In this document: positions 1 to 9,260 of the stretch, piece after piece
How positions within the stretch are numbered: the stretch's first letter is position 1
Layout: each line of letters begins with the position of its first letter
From: Acidimicrobiales bacterium
GTDB taxonomy: Bacteria > Actinomycetota > Acidimicrobiia > Acidimicrobiales > Bog-793
DNA length: 64,000 nucleotides
Direction of reading: 5' to 3'
Assembly: GCA_035533595.1 (NCBI GenBank)
Contig: DATLTN010000024.1
Span: 1,661-65,660, forward strand
Position numbers and translations under genes: made by a program
The notes under the pieces: generated by a model
Told to the model about the DNA's origin: nothing
Databases searched by the model: none
Seen by the model: the letters and a program-made list of their open reading frames with translations, nothing else

Positions 1-534
1 CACAGTGAGCATGTCACTACAACGTCGTCTACCGAGAGACCAGAGTCGTCGGAATCATCGACCGTCGGAATCATCGACTGGGACATGGCGGGACCGGGGA
101 GCCCGGACTGGGACCTCGCGCTGTTCGCGTGGTCCTTCACTCCGCTCCTCGTCCCGGAGCACGCGCGGCAATTGGCTGCGCCGACCGATGCAGGCCGACG
201 CCTCCGATTGATCTGTGGCACCTACGGCCTGGAAGATCGGTCACGGTTCATCGACTCAGTCAGAGAGCGTATGGACGCGAGCATCGTTGGGGTTCGAGAG
301 CGAGCTGACCGAGGTGAGGCCGAATTTCAGGCCCCCATCCTCGGCGGTCATCTCGACCGCATGAAGCGCGATTCGGAGTACGCCAAGCTCCGGGCCAGCG
401 ATTGGCAGCGGGCGATCGACCGCTGCCTCGCCGTCCATGTCCGGTGCTTCGGGCGCTGCGCGAACATTGGCGCACGGAAACGTTCGCGAGGATGGCGGCG
501 CACTACGCGACTCTGGCCCTCAACTCACTGCTAA
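1..534 (+). CDS. Phosphotransferase (aminoglycoside/choline-kinase-like fold) family protein, C-terminal part; the 5' end lies outside the window
   Basis: Frame 1 read from base 1 gives ...GIIDWDMAGPGSPDWDLALFAW..., the IDWD...G.P..DLA segment typical of APH-fold kinases. The ORF-track entry 85..534 is the in-frame tail, with a stop at 532-534. Confidence 0.45.
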   Translation, partial: HSEHVTTTSSTERPESSESSTVGIIDWDMAGPGSPDWDLALFAWSFTPLLVPEHARQLAAPTDAGRRLRLICGTYGLEDRSRFIDSVRERMDASIVGVRERADRGEAEFQAPILGGHLDRMKRDSEYAKLRASDWQRAIDRCLAVHVRCFGRCANIGARKRSRGWRRTTRLWPSTHC

Positions 535-832
535 AGAAGCACCCGGTGCTTTCGCGTGGTCAGGGGTAAGCGCGAATCATCATCTGAACTGGGCTTACTC
601 ATCGTCAGTGATCGCGGCTGCTCGCGGCTGATCGCAGATTTATAGACCACGATTAGACCAAGGCGGCATGCTCCCCATCGACGGGAGCCTCGCTTGGCGA
701 TGATGGCAACGCCGAGCGCGGATGCATCGACCAAGAGGTGGCAGATGACTGAGCGAGAGGTCGCCGGCGACTCGCCCGACATCGTGGCCCAACGGTGCTT
801 CCGCCCTACTTGGTCTCCACTTCAGCCCCGAG

Positions 833-1273
833 ATGGCGCCGATCTTTGCGGTGGCATCCCCTGCAGTTCGGCTGGCCTTCGACGTTTACCGAGATCGCTT
901 CGCTCGCTCTGTTGACCGCATCAGCGATCACCCGGAGCTCTCGATCGACGAGCTCGTTGATCGCTGCACCGACCTGGCACGGCGCCACCTCCTCACGCGG
1001 CGGACCCTTGCAGCGGTTCGGGACGCGGGCAGCGAGAGCCAGCTGTTCCTACTCGCGGGAGCGTTCGCGCACGGCGCGACGTCAGACGATGCCAATGACG
1101 TCGGACTCGAAACCCTCATGGCCCAAGGCATCGGGTGCCTTGAGGAGGCGAGCCTCCGGGTACTCTCGAAATTCACTCTGAGCGTCGAACAGAACGGGCT
1201 TCCCGCCACGACCCGATACGTCCCCGACGCCGGTCGACGCTTCGTGCAAAATGTAAGGAAGCCAGGCCATTAG
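833..1273 (+). CDS. Hypothetical protein (146 aa)
   Basis: Only the ORF-track ORF supports this. Third codon positions look G/C-biased in this frame and I recognised no motif. A 281-nt antisense ORF competes with it. Confidence 0.3.
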   Translation: MAPIFAVASPAVRLAFDVYRDRFARSVDRISDHPELSIDELVDRCTDLARRHLLTRRTLAAVRDAGSESQLFLLAGAFAHGATSDDANDVGLETLMAQGIGCLEEASLRVLSKFTLSVEQNGLPATTRYVPDAGRRFVQNVRKPGH

Positions 1274-1473
1274 ATCCCTGACGTTCGGGCCACTGGACAA
1301 CGGGCGTCACACAAAATTGGCCCCGACTTGTTCATCGTCGGCACCCCACGTGAACGACCGGGCGCGGTGATCGCTTCGTCATCATCGTTGGCGGTCGCCC
1401 GTGATCGCGGAAACATAGCCTTCCGATAGGGAATCAGAGCTGGCCGGCTAGGCCAATGACCAGCACTTTCCCG

Positions 1474-1547
1474 TGGAGGCGAGGGGACTCGAACCCCCGA
1501 ACCTCCTGACTGCCAGTCAGGCGCTCTACCAGCTGAGCTACGCCCCC
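1474..1547 (-). tRNA. tRNA-Ala, anticodon GGC; CCA not encoded
   Basis: The reverse complement reads GGGGGCGTAGCTCAGCTGGTAGAGCGCCTGACTGGCAGTCAGGAGGTTCGGGGGTTCGAGTCCCCTCGCCTCCA. It has a 7-bp acceptor stem with a G3:U70 pair, a GCTC/GAGC D stem, a CCTGA/TCAGG anticodon stem with loop CTGGCAG, and a TTCGAGT T-loop. Ends are +/-1 nt. Confidence 0.9.
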
Positions 1548-1673
1548 GGGGTGCCTGAGAGATTACCAGCCGATCCGAGACGCAAAGACGGTGGCTTCGT
1601 GCTCGGCCGGCGGCGGCGAAGACGAGGTGGAGCGCCTTTTCCGGGGCGCGCGGCACCCTCGGTAATCTGGGTT

Positions 1674-4124
1674 ATGGCTGAGTACGACTTCAGGGAAGCC
1701 GAGCCGCGTTGGCAGGAGCGGTGGGCCGAGCTCGGGACCTACGAGATCGACAACGACGACCCCCGCCCGCCCTACTACGTGCTCTGCATGTACCCCTACC
1801 CGAGCGGGCCGGCGCACCAGGGCCACATCCGCAACTACACCTTCGGCGACGTCCTCGTCCGGATGCGCACGATGCAGGGCTACGGCGTCCTCTCCCCCTT
1901 CGGTTTCGACTCCTTCGGCCTCCCCGCCGAGAACGCCGCGATCCGCGGCGGCAGCCACCCGCGCGCCTACACCGAGGCGCGCATCGCGGAGCTGAAGGCG
2001 AGCGTGCTGCGCCTCGGCGCCGTCTACGACTGGCGGCGCGAGGTCCGCAGCCACGACCCGCAGTACATGCGCTTCAACCAGATGATCTTCACCCGCCTGC
2101 TCGAGGCCGGCCTCGCCTACCGCGCCGAGGCCCCGGTGAACTGGTGCCCTGGCTGTCAGACGGTGCTCGCCAACGAGCAGGTCCTCGCCGACGGGACCTG
2201 CGAGCGCTCAGGCGACGTCGTCGAGCGCCGCCAGCTCGCGCAGTGGTTCCTCAAGATCACCGACTACGCCGACGAGCTCCTCGACGCGCTGGACGGCCTC
2301 GACTGGCCCGAGCGCGTGAAGACGATGCAGCGCAACTGGATCGGCCGCTCCGAGGGGGCGCGCCTCCGCCTCGAGGTCGTCGGCGCCCCCGGCACCGAGA
2401 TCGAGGTCTTCACCACCCGCCCCGACACCGGCTTCGGCATCACCTCGGTGGTCCTCGCCCCCGAGCACCCCCTCGTCGCCACGCTCACCACCCCCGAGCA
2501 GCACGGCGCGGTCGGCGAGCTCGTCCTCATGGCGAGCCAGGAGACCGACATCGAGCGCCTCTCCTCTGAGGGAAGCCTCGACAAGCGCGGCGCCTTCACC
2601 GGCAGCTTCTGCGTCAACCCCTTCAACGGCGAGCAGGTCCCCGTCTACGTCGCCGACTACGTCCTCGCGAGCTACGGCACCGGGGCGGTGATCGGCGTCC
2701 CCGCCGAGGACCAGCGCGACTTCGACTTCGCGTCGCTGCACGGCCTCCCGGTGGTGCGCACCGTGCAGCCCCCCGAGGGCTTCGAAGGGGGTGCCTACTC
2801 CGGCAACGGCGTGAAGGTGAATAGCGGCTTCATGGACGGCCTCGAGGTGGCCGCCGCGAAGGGCGCCGCGATCGAATGGCTCGAGCAGAAGGGGATCGGT
2901 GCCGGTACCGTCCAGTACCGGCTGCGCGACTGGCTGATCAGCCGCCAGCGCTACTGGGGCTGCCCGATCCCGGTCGTCTACTGCGAGCGCGACGGCATCG
3001 TCGGCCTCCCCGACGACGCCCTCCCGGTGCTCCTCCCCGACGACGTCGAGTTCCTCCCGACCGGCGAGTCACCCCTGAAGCGCCACCCCGAGTTCCTGGA
3101 GACGACCTGTCCCCGCTGCGGCGGCGCGGCGCGGCGCGAGACCGACACGATGGACACCTTCGTCGACTCCTCCTGGTACTTCCTCCGCTTCACGAGTCCG
3201 GCGGAGGCCGACCGCCCCGTCGACCCCGCCGCGGCGACGCGCTGGATGCCGGTCGACCAGTACATCGGCGGCATCACCCACGCCATCCTCCACCTCCTCT
3301 ACGCGCGCTTCTTCACCCGCGCCCTCGGCGAGATCGGCCTCTCCCCTGGCGAGCTCCGCGAGCCCTTCGCGCAGCTCTTCTGCCAGGGGATGATCCGCCT
3401 CGAGGGGCGGGCGATGTCAAAGTCGCGGGGCAACGTCGTCTCGCCCAACGAGTACTTCGAGCGGGTCGGCGCCGACGCGTTGCGCCTCTTCCACCTCTTC
3501 GCCGGCCCCCCGGTCGAGGACATCGACTGGTCCGCGCAGAGCGAGGAGATCATCGAGGGCTGCGGCCGCTACCTGCGCCGCGTCTGGCGCCTCGCCACCG
3601 GAGAGGTGGAGGAGGGGGCGCCCGCGGCCGACGCGGCGGAGCTCTCGGTGGCGCTCCGCCGGGCGCGCCACAAGGCCGTCCGCCAGGTGACCCAGGACCT
3701 CGACCGCTACGCCTTCAACACCGCGGTCGCCGAGGTGATGAGCCTCACCAACGAGATCTCGCGCGCCCGCCAGGGCGGGGTCGCCGCCGACGAGGTCGAC
3801 GAGGCGATCGACACCCTCCTGCAGCTCCTCGCCCCGATGACGCCGCACCTCGCCGCCGAGGCCTACCAGCACCGCCACGCCACCCACCTGCACGAGCAGC
3901 CCTGGCCGAGCTTCGACGAGGGCGCGCTCGCCGAGGAGACGGTGACGATGGTCGTGCAGGTGAACGGCAAGCTCCGCGACCGGCTGCAGGTCGACGTCGC
4001 GATCACCGAGGAGGAGGCGACCCGCCTCGCGCTCGGCTCGCCGCGCGTCGCCGAGCAGCTCGCGGGTGCGGTGCCGCAGCGCGTCGTCGCCCGCCCGCCC
4101 CGCCTGGTGAACGTCGTCCTCTGA
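1674..4124 (+). CDS. leuS: Leucine--tRNA ligase
   Basis: It has the HIGH-type motif PSGPAHQGHIRNY and the KMSKS motif AMSKSRGN, and the 816-aa length is typical. ORF-track entry 1473..4124 over-extends across the tRNA gene. The first ATG (codon 68 of that ORF) gives MAEYDFREAEPRWQERW. Confidence 0.95.
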   Translation: MAEYDFREAEPRWQERWAELGTYEIDNDDPRPPYYVLCMYPYPSGPAHQGHIRNYTFGDVLVRMRTMQGYGVLSPFGFDSFGLPAENAAIRGGSHPRAYTEARIAELKASVLRLGAVYDWRREVRSHDPQYMRFNQMIFTRLLEAGLAYRAEAPVNWCPGCQTVLANEQVLADGTCERSGDVVERRQLAQWFLKITDYADELLDALDGLDWPERVKTMQRNWIGRSEGARLRLEVVGAPGTEIEVFTTRPDTGFGITSVVLAPEHPLVATLTTPEQHGAVGELVLMASQETDIERLSSEGSLDKRGAFTGSFCVNPFNGEQVPVYVADYVLASYGTGAVIGVPAEDQRDFDFASLHGLPVVRTVQPPEGFEGGAYSGNGVKVNSGFMDGLEVAAAKGAAIEWLEQKGIGAGTVQYRLRDWLISRQRYWGCPIPVVYCERDGIVGLPDDALPVLLPDDVEFLPTGESPLKRHPEFLETTCPRCGGAARRETDTMDTFVDSSWYFLRFTSPAEADRPVDPAAATRWMPVDQYIGGITHAILHLLYARFFTRALGEIGLSPGELREPFAQLFCQGMIRLEGRAMSKSRGNVVSPNEYFERVGADALRLFHLFAGPPVEDIDWSAQSEEIIEGCGRYLRRVWRLATGEVEEGAPAADAAELSVALRRARHKAVRQVTQDLDRYAFNTAVAEVMSLTNEISRARQGGVAADEVDEAIDTLLQLLAPMTPHLAAEAYQHRHATHLHEQPWPSFDEGALAEETVTMVVQVNGKLRDRLQVDVAITEEEATRLALGSPRVAEQLAGAVPQRVVARPPRLVNVVL

Positions 4125-4147
4125 GGGGCGCGCCGAGCGCCGAGCCC

Positions 4148-4852
4148 TCAGCGCCGCTGCAGCACCTCTTCGAGGCCGAGGCGGGCGCGCACCGCAGGGA
4201 GGGCGAGCTCCTCGAGCGAGGTGAGGTTGAGGTCGGCGATCGAGTAGCGGGGGTCGGCCGCGTCGTCGGGGTGCGGCACCGCGATCACCCGCATGCGCGC
4301 CGCCTTGGCGGCGATGCAGCCGTTGAGCGAGTCCTCAAGGACGACGCAGCCCTCGGCGGGCACCCCGAGCGCGGCGGCGGCGCGCAGGAAGATCGCCGGG
4401 TGCGGCTTGCCGTAGGCGTCGTCGGCGGCGGTGAAGACGCCGTCGAAGCGCCGCCGCAGGTCGAAGCGGTCGAGGACGGCGTCGATCACCGGCGGCGTCG
4501 AGCCCGAGGCAAGGGCGCGGGGCAGCCCCGCCTCCTCGAAGAGGCCGAGCGCGACCTCGACGCCGGGGAGGAGCTCGGCCTCGTGGCCGATCGCCTGCAC
4601 GACACCGGCGACCACGTCGGCCTCCACCGCGACGAGGTCGACCTCGCCGAGGCCGGCGAAGGCGGCGAGAAAGGCGACGGCCTCGTCGACGCGCATCCCC
4701 ATCGTGTAGCCGTGACCGAGGTAGGGGCGGATGTCGGCGCCGAGCGCGGAGAAGACCTCCGCCTCGACGCGCCGCCAGTACGGCTCGGAGTCGACGAGCA
4801 GGCCGTCCATGTCGAAGATCGCGGCGCCGAGCGGCGCCGGTGGGGGCGGCAT
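4148..4852 (-). CDS. HAD-IA family hydrolase (phosphatase / beta-phosphoglucomutase-like)
   Basis: The N-terminal motif I is AAIFDMDGLLVDSEPYW (DxDG), and a later GKPHP and a DS.NG segment fit HAD motifs III/IV. Confidence 0.8.
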   Translation of the reverse strand: MPPPPAPLGAAIFDMDGLLVDSEPYWRRVEAEVFSALGADIRPYLGHGYTMGMRVDEAVAFLAAFAGLGEVDLVAVEADVVAGVVQAIGHEAELLPGVEVALGLFEEAGLPRALASGSTPPVIDAVLDRFDLRRRFDGVFTAADDAYGKPHPAIFLRAAAALGVPAEGCVVLEDSLNGCIAAKAARMRVIAVPHPDDAADPRYSIADLNLTSLEELALPAVRARLGLEEVLQRR

Positions 4853-5716
4853 CTAGGAGAGCTCACCCCGGAGGTAGCGCTCGAGCTCGGCAGCGAGCTC
4901 ATCGGCCGAGGGGAGGTTGGCCTCGGCGACGACCGGGGTCCCCACCCCGGCGTCGAACTGCCGCTCGAGCTCGCGGGCGAGCGCGGCGGTCTCCTCGTTC
5001 TTCGCAACGAGCTCGTCGACCTGGCGGAGGTGCTCCTCCGCGTTGTGGCGCAGCTCGCTCATGTCGACCTGGATCCCCGTCAGCTGGGCGAGCGCCTCGA
5101 GGAGGGCGACCGCCGCGGCGGGGAAGAGCGAGCTCGCGCTGTAGTGCGGGACGCGCGCCCAGAGACCGACAGAGGGGATCCCCGCCTCCGTGCAGGCCGC
5201 GCCGAGGACATCGGCGATCCCCGCGGGGACGCCGAGGCGGCCGGGGACGAAGCCGACCTGGCGGGCGAGGGCGGCGTCAGAGGCGGTGGTCGTGATGCCG
5301 ATCTTGCGGGTGTGCGGGGTGGGCGCGGGGAAGCCGCCGAGGCCGACGACGAGGCGGGTCCCGATCTCGAGGGCGAGCTCGGTGACCTCCGCGGCGAAGG
5401 GGCGCCAGCGGTAGTCGGGCTCGGGGCCGACGAGGAGCGCGATGCCGAGGCCGAGCGGGTCGGTGCCGACCCGCAGGCGCGGCTCGGGCCAGTAGATCCG
5501 CCGGCGCACGCCGTCTCGGATCCGCAGCTGCGGGCGCCGCGCCCGGTAGTCGATGAGGTCGTCGCCGGCGAAGGCGGCGTAGGTGCGGGTGGCGTTCTGC
5601 TCGAGGAGCACGCTCGCCGCGGTCGCGGCGGCGAAGCCGGCGTCCACCCAGCCCTCGAGCACGACGATGAGCACCGGGTGCTCGGGGGCGTCGATGCCGC
5701 GACGGACGAAGGTCAC
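4853..5716 (-). CDS. PAC2 (proteasome assembly chaperone 2-like) family protein
   Basis: The N-terminus PVLIVVLEGWVDAGFAA and the ~287-aa length match the actinobacterial PAC2 family as I remember it. Its stop abuts the HAD start. Confidence 0.7.
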   Translation of the reverse strand: MTFVRRGIDAPEHPVLIVVLEGWVDAGFAAATAASVLLEQNATRTYAAFAGDDLIDYRARRPQLRIRDGVRRRIYWPEPRLRVGTDPLGLGIALLVGPEPDYRWRPFAAEVTELALEIGTRLVVGLGGFPAPTPHTRKIGITTTASDAALARQVGFVPGRLGVPAGIADVLGAACTEAGIPSVGLWARVPHYSASSLFPAAAVALLEALAQLTGIQVDMSELRHNAEEHLRQVDELVAKNEETAALARELERQFDAGVGTPVVAEANLPSADELAAELERYLRGELS

Positions 5717-5754
5717 CGCCCGAGGCTACCGGTCGCCGGCTGGTGCGGCTCGGC

Positions 5755-6483
5755 CTAAAGGGCGAGCGTCTCGCCCCCGTCGACGAGCACCGCGGCGCCG
5801 TTCACGAAGGCCGCAGCGGTCGAGCACAGAAAGGCGACGACCCTCCCGAAGTCCCCCGGGTCGCCGAAGCCGCCCGCGGGGGGCGCCCCGCCGACCTCTT
5901 TCATCCGGTCGGTGCCGTGCGGGCCGGGGCAGGCGAGGTTGAGCGTCACCCCGCTCCCGACGAGGTCCTTGGCGGCGGTCTTGGCCCACGCCCACAGCCC
6001 GGTGCGCGCCGCGTTCGAGAGCGCGAGGTGCGGCAGCGGCTGCACGATCGAGTACGAGGCGATGAAGCAGAGCCGCCCCCAGCCCTGGGCGCGCAGGTGC
6101 GGGAGGGCAGCGCGCGTCAGGCGCACGTGGGTGAGGAGGTTGGCTTCGAGGGCGGCGCGCAGCTCCTCGTCGGTGACCTCGAGGGCGCGCCGCGGCGGTG
6201 GCCCGCCGGAGTTGCCGACCACGATGTCGATCCGCCCGAAGCGCTCGAGGGTCGCGGCGACGAGCGCGTCGGGCGCGCCCTGCTCGGTGACGTCGGCCTC
6301 GATCGCCAGCACCGCCCCGCCCGCGGCCTCGATCCCGGCACGCGTCGCCTCGAGAGCCTCGCCGCCACGCGCGCAGATCACCACCGACGCCCCCTCGGCG
6401 GCGAGCGCCTCGGCGGCGCCCCGCCCGAGGCCCTTCGAGGAGGCGGTGACGAGCGCGACTCGCCCGTCGAGGCCGAGGTCCAC
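5755..6483 (-). CDS. SDR family oxidoreductase
   Basis: It has the Rossmann motif GRVALVTASSKGLGRG and the NNAG-like VVGNSGG. The active-site region is ASYS...SNAAR, an atypical variant. Confidence 0.8.
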   Translation of the reverse strand: MDLGLDGRVALVTASSKGLGRGAAEALAAEGASVVICARGGEALEATRAGIEAAGGAVLAIEADVTEQGAPDALVAATLERFGRIDIVVGNSGGPPPRRALEVTDEELRAALEANLLTHVRLTRAALPHLRAQGWGRLCFIASYSIVQPLPHLALSNAARTGLWAWAKTAAKDLVGSGVTLNLACPGPHGTDRMKEVGGAPPAGGFGDPGDFGRVVAFLCSTAAAFVNGAAVLVDGGETLAL

Positions 6484-6487
6484 GGCG

Positions 6488-7612
6488 CTAGCCGACCACG
6501 ACGAGGCCGTGCGGCGCGTGGTTGAGCACCTCCGGGGCGGCCTCGGTGACGACGACGATGTCCTCGATGCGCGCCCCCATGCGGCCGGCGAGGTAGATGC
6601 CGGGCTCGACCGAGAAGGCGTGGCCCGGGCGGAGCGTCGTCGCGTTCCCCGAGACGATGTAGGGGTCCTCGTGCTCCTCGATGCCGATGCCGTGGCCGGT
6701 ACGGTGCAGGAAGGCCTCGCCGAAGCCGGCCTCCTCGATCACCGTGCGCGCCGCGGCGTCGATCTCCTCGCAGCGTCTGCCGGCGGCGACGGCCGCGACA
6801 GCCTCGCTCTGGGCGCGCTCGAGGACGGCGTAGAGCTCGGCGAAGCCGGGCGGCGGCTCGCCGGCGACGACGGTGCGGGTGGTGTCCGAGCAGTAGCCGG
6901 GGCCCTCACCGAGGCGCAGCGTCCCCCCGAAGTCGCAGACGACCGCGTCGCCGGCGGCGATGCGGCGCGCCCCCGGCTCGTGGTGCGGGCTCGCCGAGTT
7001 GGGGCCGCTGCCGACGATCGCGAAGTTCACCTTCTCGTGGCCCTCGGCGAGGAGGCGGGCCGAGAGCTCGCGCGAGACCTGCGCCTCGGTCGCGCCGATG
7101 AGCGGGATCTCGCCGGCGAGGAGCGCCTCGGCGACGCGGTCGGCGGCCGCCGAGGCGGCGCGCAGCGCGGCGATCTCCTCCTCGTCCTTCACCGCCCGCA
7201 GCGCCGCGGTGACCGTCGAGGCCTTGCGGAAGAGGGCGTTCGGGAGGGCGTCGACGAGCGAGAGGAGCAGCGACGCCCAGGCCCGGTCCGAGATCGCGAG
7301 CACGCGGTGACGGCCGGTGAGCGAGGCGATGACCTCGATCGGGTCCTCGCCCTCGGCCCAGGGGCGGAGGGCGAAGTTCGCCGCGTCGGGGACGACGCGC
7401 GGCGCCTCGATCTCGGGGACGACGAGGGTCGCCTCGGACTCGACGGGGACGACGAGGACCGTCGGCCGCTCGAGGGGCATCGCCTCGTAGCCGCAGAGCC
7501 AGGGGAGGTCGGCACCGAGGGAGAGGAGGAGGGCGCCCACCCCCTGGCGGGCCATCTCCTCGCGGACGCGTGCCAGGCGCTCGCTGCGTGCCGCCACCGC
7601 CCGCTCGCTCAT
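6488..7612 (-). CDS. M24B family metallopeptidase (Xaa-Pro aminopeptidase-like)
   Basis: It shows the pita-bread motifs DFGG..., HRTGHGIGIEEHEDPYIV and SVEPGIY. I chose the start at codon 51 of ORF 6488..7762 (MSERAVAARSERLARVREEM...), where the ATG overlaps the upstream stop as ATGA. Confidence 0.85.
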   Translation of the reverse strand: MSERAVAARSERLARVREEMARQGVGALLLSLGADLPWLCGYEAMPLERPTVLVVPVESEATLVVPEIEAPRVVPDAANFALRPWAEGEDPIEVIASLTGRHRVLAISDRAWASLLLSLVDALPNALFRKASTVTAALRAVKDEEEIAALRAASAAADRVAEALLAGEIPLIGATEAQVSRELSARLLAEGHEKVNFAIVGSGPNSASPHHEPGARRIAAGDAVVCDFGGTLRLGEGPGYCSDTTRTVVAGEPPPGFAELYAVLERAQSEAVAAVAAGRRCEEIDAAARTVIEEAGFGEAFLHRTGHGIGIEEHEDPYIVSGNATTLRPGHAFSVEPGIYLAGRMGARIEDIVVVTEAAPEVLNHAPHGLVVVG

Positions 7613-9258
7613 GCGCTCGCCGCGGCGGAGAGGGCCGCCGCGCCGGCCTCCGCGGCCTGGCGGGCGTGGTAGCTCGAGCGGGTGAGCGGCGAGGCCTCGA
7701 CGTGCGCGAAGCCCATCTCGCGCGCCGCCGCGGCGAGGCGTGCGAACTCCTCCGGCGTCCAAAAGCGCGCCACCGGCAGGTGCGCCGCCGAGGGGCGCAG
7801 GTACTGGCCGATCGTCACGATGTCGACCCCCACCGCGGCGAGGTCCGCGAGGGCGGCGAGCACCTCGTGCTCCTCCTCGCCCATCCCGAGGATGATCCCC
7901 GACTTGGTCGTCAGCCCCGCCGCCTTGGCGCGCCCGAGGACGGCGAGGCTGCGCGCGTAGGAGGCCGAGGGACGGACCGCCCGCTGTAGGCGGAGGACGG
8001 TCTCGAGGTTGTGGTTCAAGACGTCGGGGCGGGCGTCGAAGATGCTCTGCAGCGCCCGCTCGTCGCCCTTCACGTCAGGGATCAGCACCTCGACCGCGGT
8101 GCCGGGCGACTCGGCACGGATCGCGGCGATCGTCTCGGCGAAGGCCCCGGCGCCACCGTCGGGGAGGTCGTCGCGGGCGACCGCGGTGACGACGGCGTGG
8201 CCGAGGTGCATCGAGACCGCCGCCTCGGCGACGCGTCGCGGCTCGCTCGGGTCAAGCGGCAGGGGGTGGCTCGTGTCGACGAGGCAGAAGCCGCAGGCGC
8301 GCGTGCAGCGCTCGCCGTTGATCATGAAGGTGGCGGTGCCGTCGGCCCAGCACTCGTAGATGTTCGGGCAGCCCGCCTCCTCGCAGACGGTGACGAGGTC
8401 GAGGCGGCGCATCGTGCGGCGGAGGCCGAGGTAGTCCTCGCCCATGCGCGCCTCGACGCGCAGCCACTCGGGCTTGCGTGCCGAGAGCGCGACCGCCTGG
8501 CTGCGGTCGACGCCAGCGGCGTCGAGTCGACGCTCGAGCGCCCGCCCGCCCGTCGCCCCGCCGGCCGCCTCGGGGGGCGTCGCCACCTGGGCCTCGAGGG
8601 CGTAGGGGCGGCCCCCGTCCTCGGCGAGGAGGCGGGGCGCGAGGCGGGCGACGATCTCCGCGACCGCGGCGACGGTGCTCGCGACGCCCTCCGCGGCGAG
8701 CGAGGTGACCGGGTACTCCTCGATGCCGCAGGGGACGATGTGGTCGAACATCGCGAGGTCGGGCTCGACGTTCAGCGCGAAGCCGTGCATCGTCCGGCCG
8801 CGGCTCACCCGCACGCCGACGGCGCAGATCTTGCGGGGACGGGGGCCGTCGGGCTCGACCCACACCCCCGGGTACTCGGCCATCCGGCCGACGTCGGTGA
8901 GGCCGAGCTCGCGGAGCGTCGCGAGCACGAGCTCCTCAACGCGGTGCACGTAGGCGGGGATGGCGTCGGCCTTCAGCGCGACGTTGAGGATCGGGTAGCC
9001 GACGAGCTGGCCGGGGCCGTGGTAGGTGACGTCGCCGCCGCGGTCCGCGCGCACGAGCTCGGCGCCGTGCTCGGCGGGGTCGGCGAGGACGTGCTCGGGG
9101 CGGGCCCGCACGCCGAGCGTGTAGACGTGGTTGTGCTCGAGGAGCAGCAGATACTCCTCGTGGCTGTGGTGGAACAGCGCCCGCTGCAGGGCATGGCCGT
9201 CCCGGTAGCGGACGCGCCCGAGCGAGCGGACACGCAGCACCGGGTCCGCCACGACCAC
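7609..9258 (-). CDS. Fused octanoyltransferase (LipB) - lipoyl synthase (LipA), 549 aa
   Basis: The N-terminal half carries LipB motifs (RGGDVTYHGPGQLVGYPI, KICAVGVRV, IVPCGI). The C-terminal half carries LipA motifs (RKPEWLRV, CEEAGCPNIYEC, radical-SAM CTRACGFC, RSSY). There is no stop codon between the two halves. Confidence 0.85.
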   Translation of the reverse strand: MVVADPVLRVRSLGRVRYRDGHALQRALFHHSHEEYLLLLEHNHVYTLGVRARPEHVLADPAEHGAELVRADRGGDVTYHGPGQLVGYPILNVALKADAIPAYVHRVEELVLATLRELGLTDVGRMAEYPGVWVEPDGPRPRKICAVGVRVSRGRTMHGFALNVEPDLAMFDHIVPCGIEEYPVTSLAAEGVASTVAAVAEIVARLAPRLLAEDGGRPYALEAQVATPPEAAGGATGGRALERRLDAAGVDRSQAVALSARKPEWLRVEARMGEDYLGLRRTMRRLDLVTVCEEAGCPNIYECWADGTATFMINGERCTRACGFCLVDTSHPLPLDPSEPRRVAEAAVSMHLGHAVVTAVARDDLPDGGAGAFAETIAAIRAESPGTAVEVLIPDVKGDERALQSIFDARPDVLNHNLETVLRLQRAVRPSASYARSLAVLGRAKAAGLTTKSGIILGMGEEEHEVLAALADLAAVGVDIVTIGQYLRPSAAHLPVARFWTPEEFARLAAAAREMGFAHVEASPLTRSSYHARQAAEAGAAALSAAASA

Positions 9259-9260
9259 GG

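Noticed and set aside
1473-1673. N-terminal extension of the leuS ORF across the tRNA gene. I also checked 1548-1673 as a possible T-box or leader, because the complementary 8-mers agattacc (1560-1567) and ggtaatct (1661-1668) pair.
   Set aside because: The extension overlaps the tRNA-Ala gene and has no LeuRS similarity. I could not see a specifier loop or T-box consensus. A single 8-bp complementarity is weak evidence.
2876-5758. A 960-aa ORF, and similar very long ORFs at 5912-7672, 10117-12270, 15934-17898, 26039-27736, 28461-30719, 31844-34345 and 35763-37670.
   Set aside because: They run antisense to, or out of frame with, genes carrying clear motifs. Their translations are Arg/Gly/Ala/Pro-rich with no motifs. 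These are typical stop-codon-poor shadow frames of very G+C-rich DNA.
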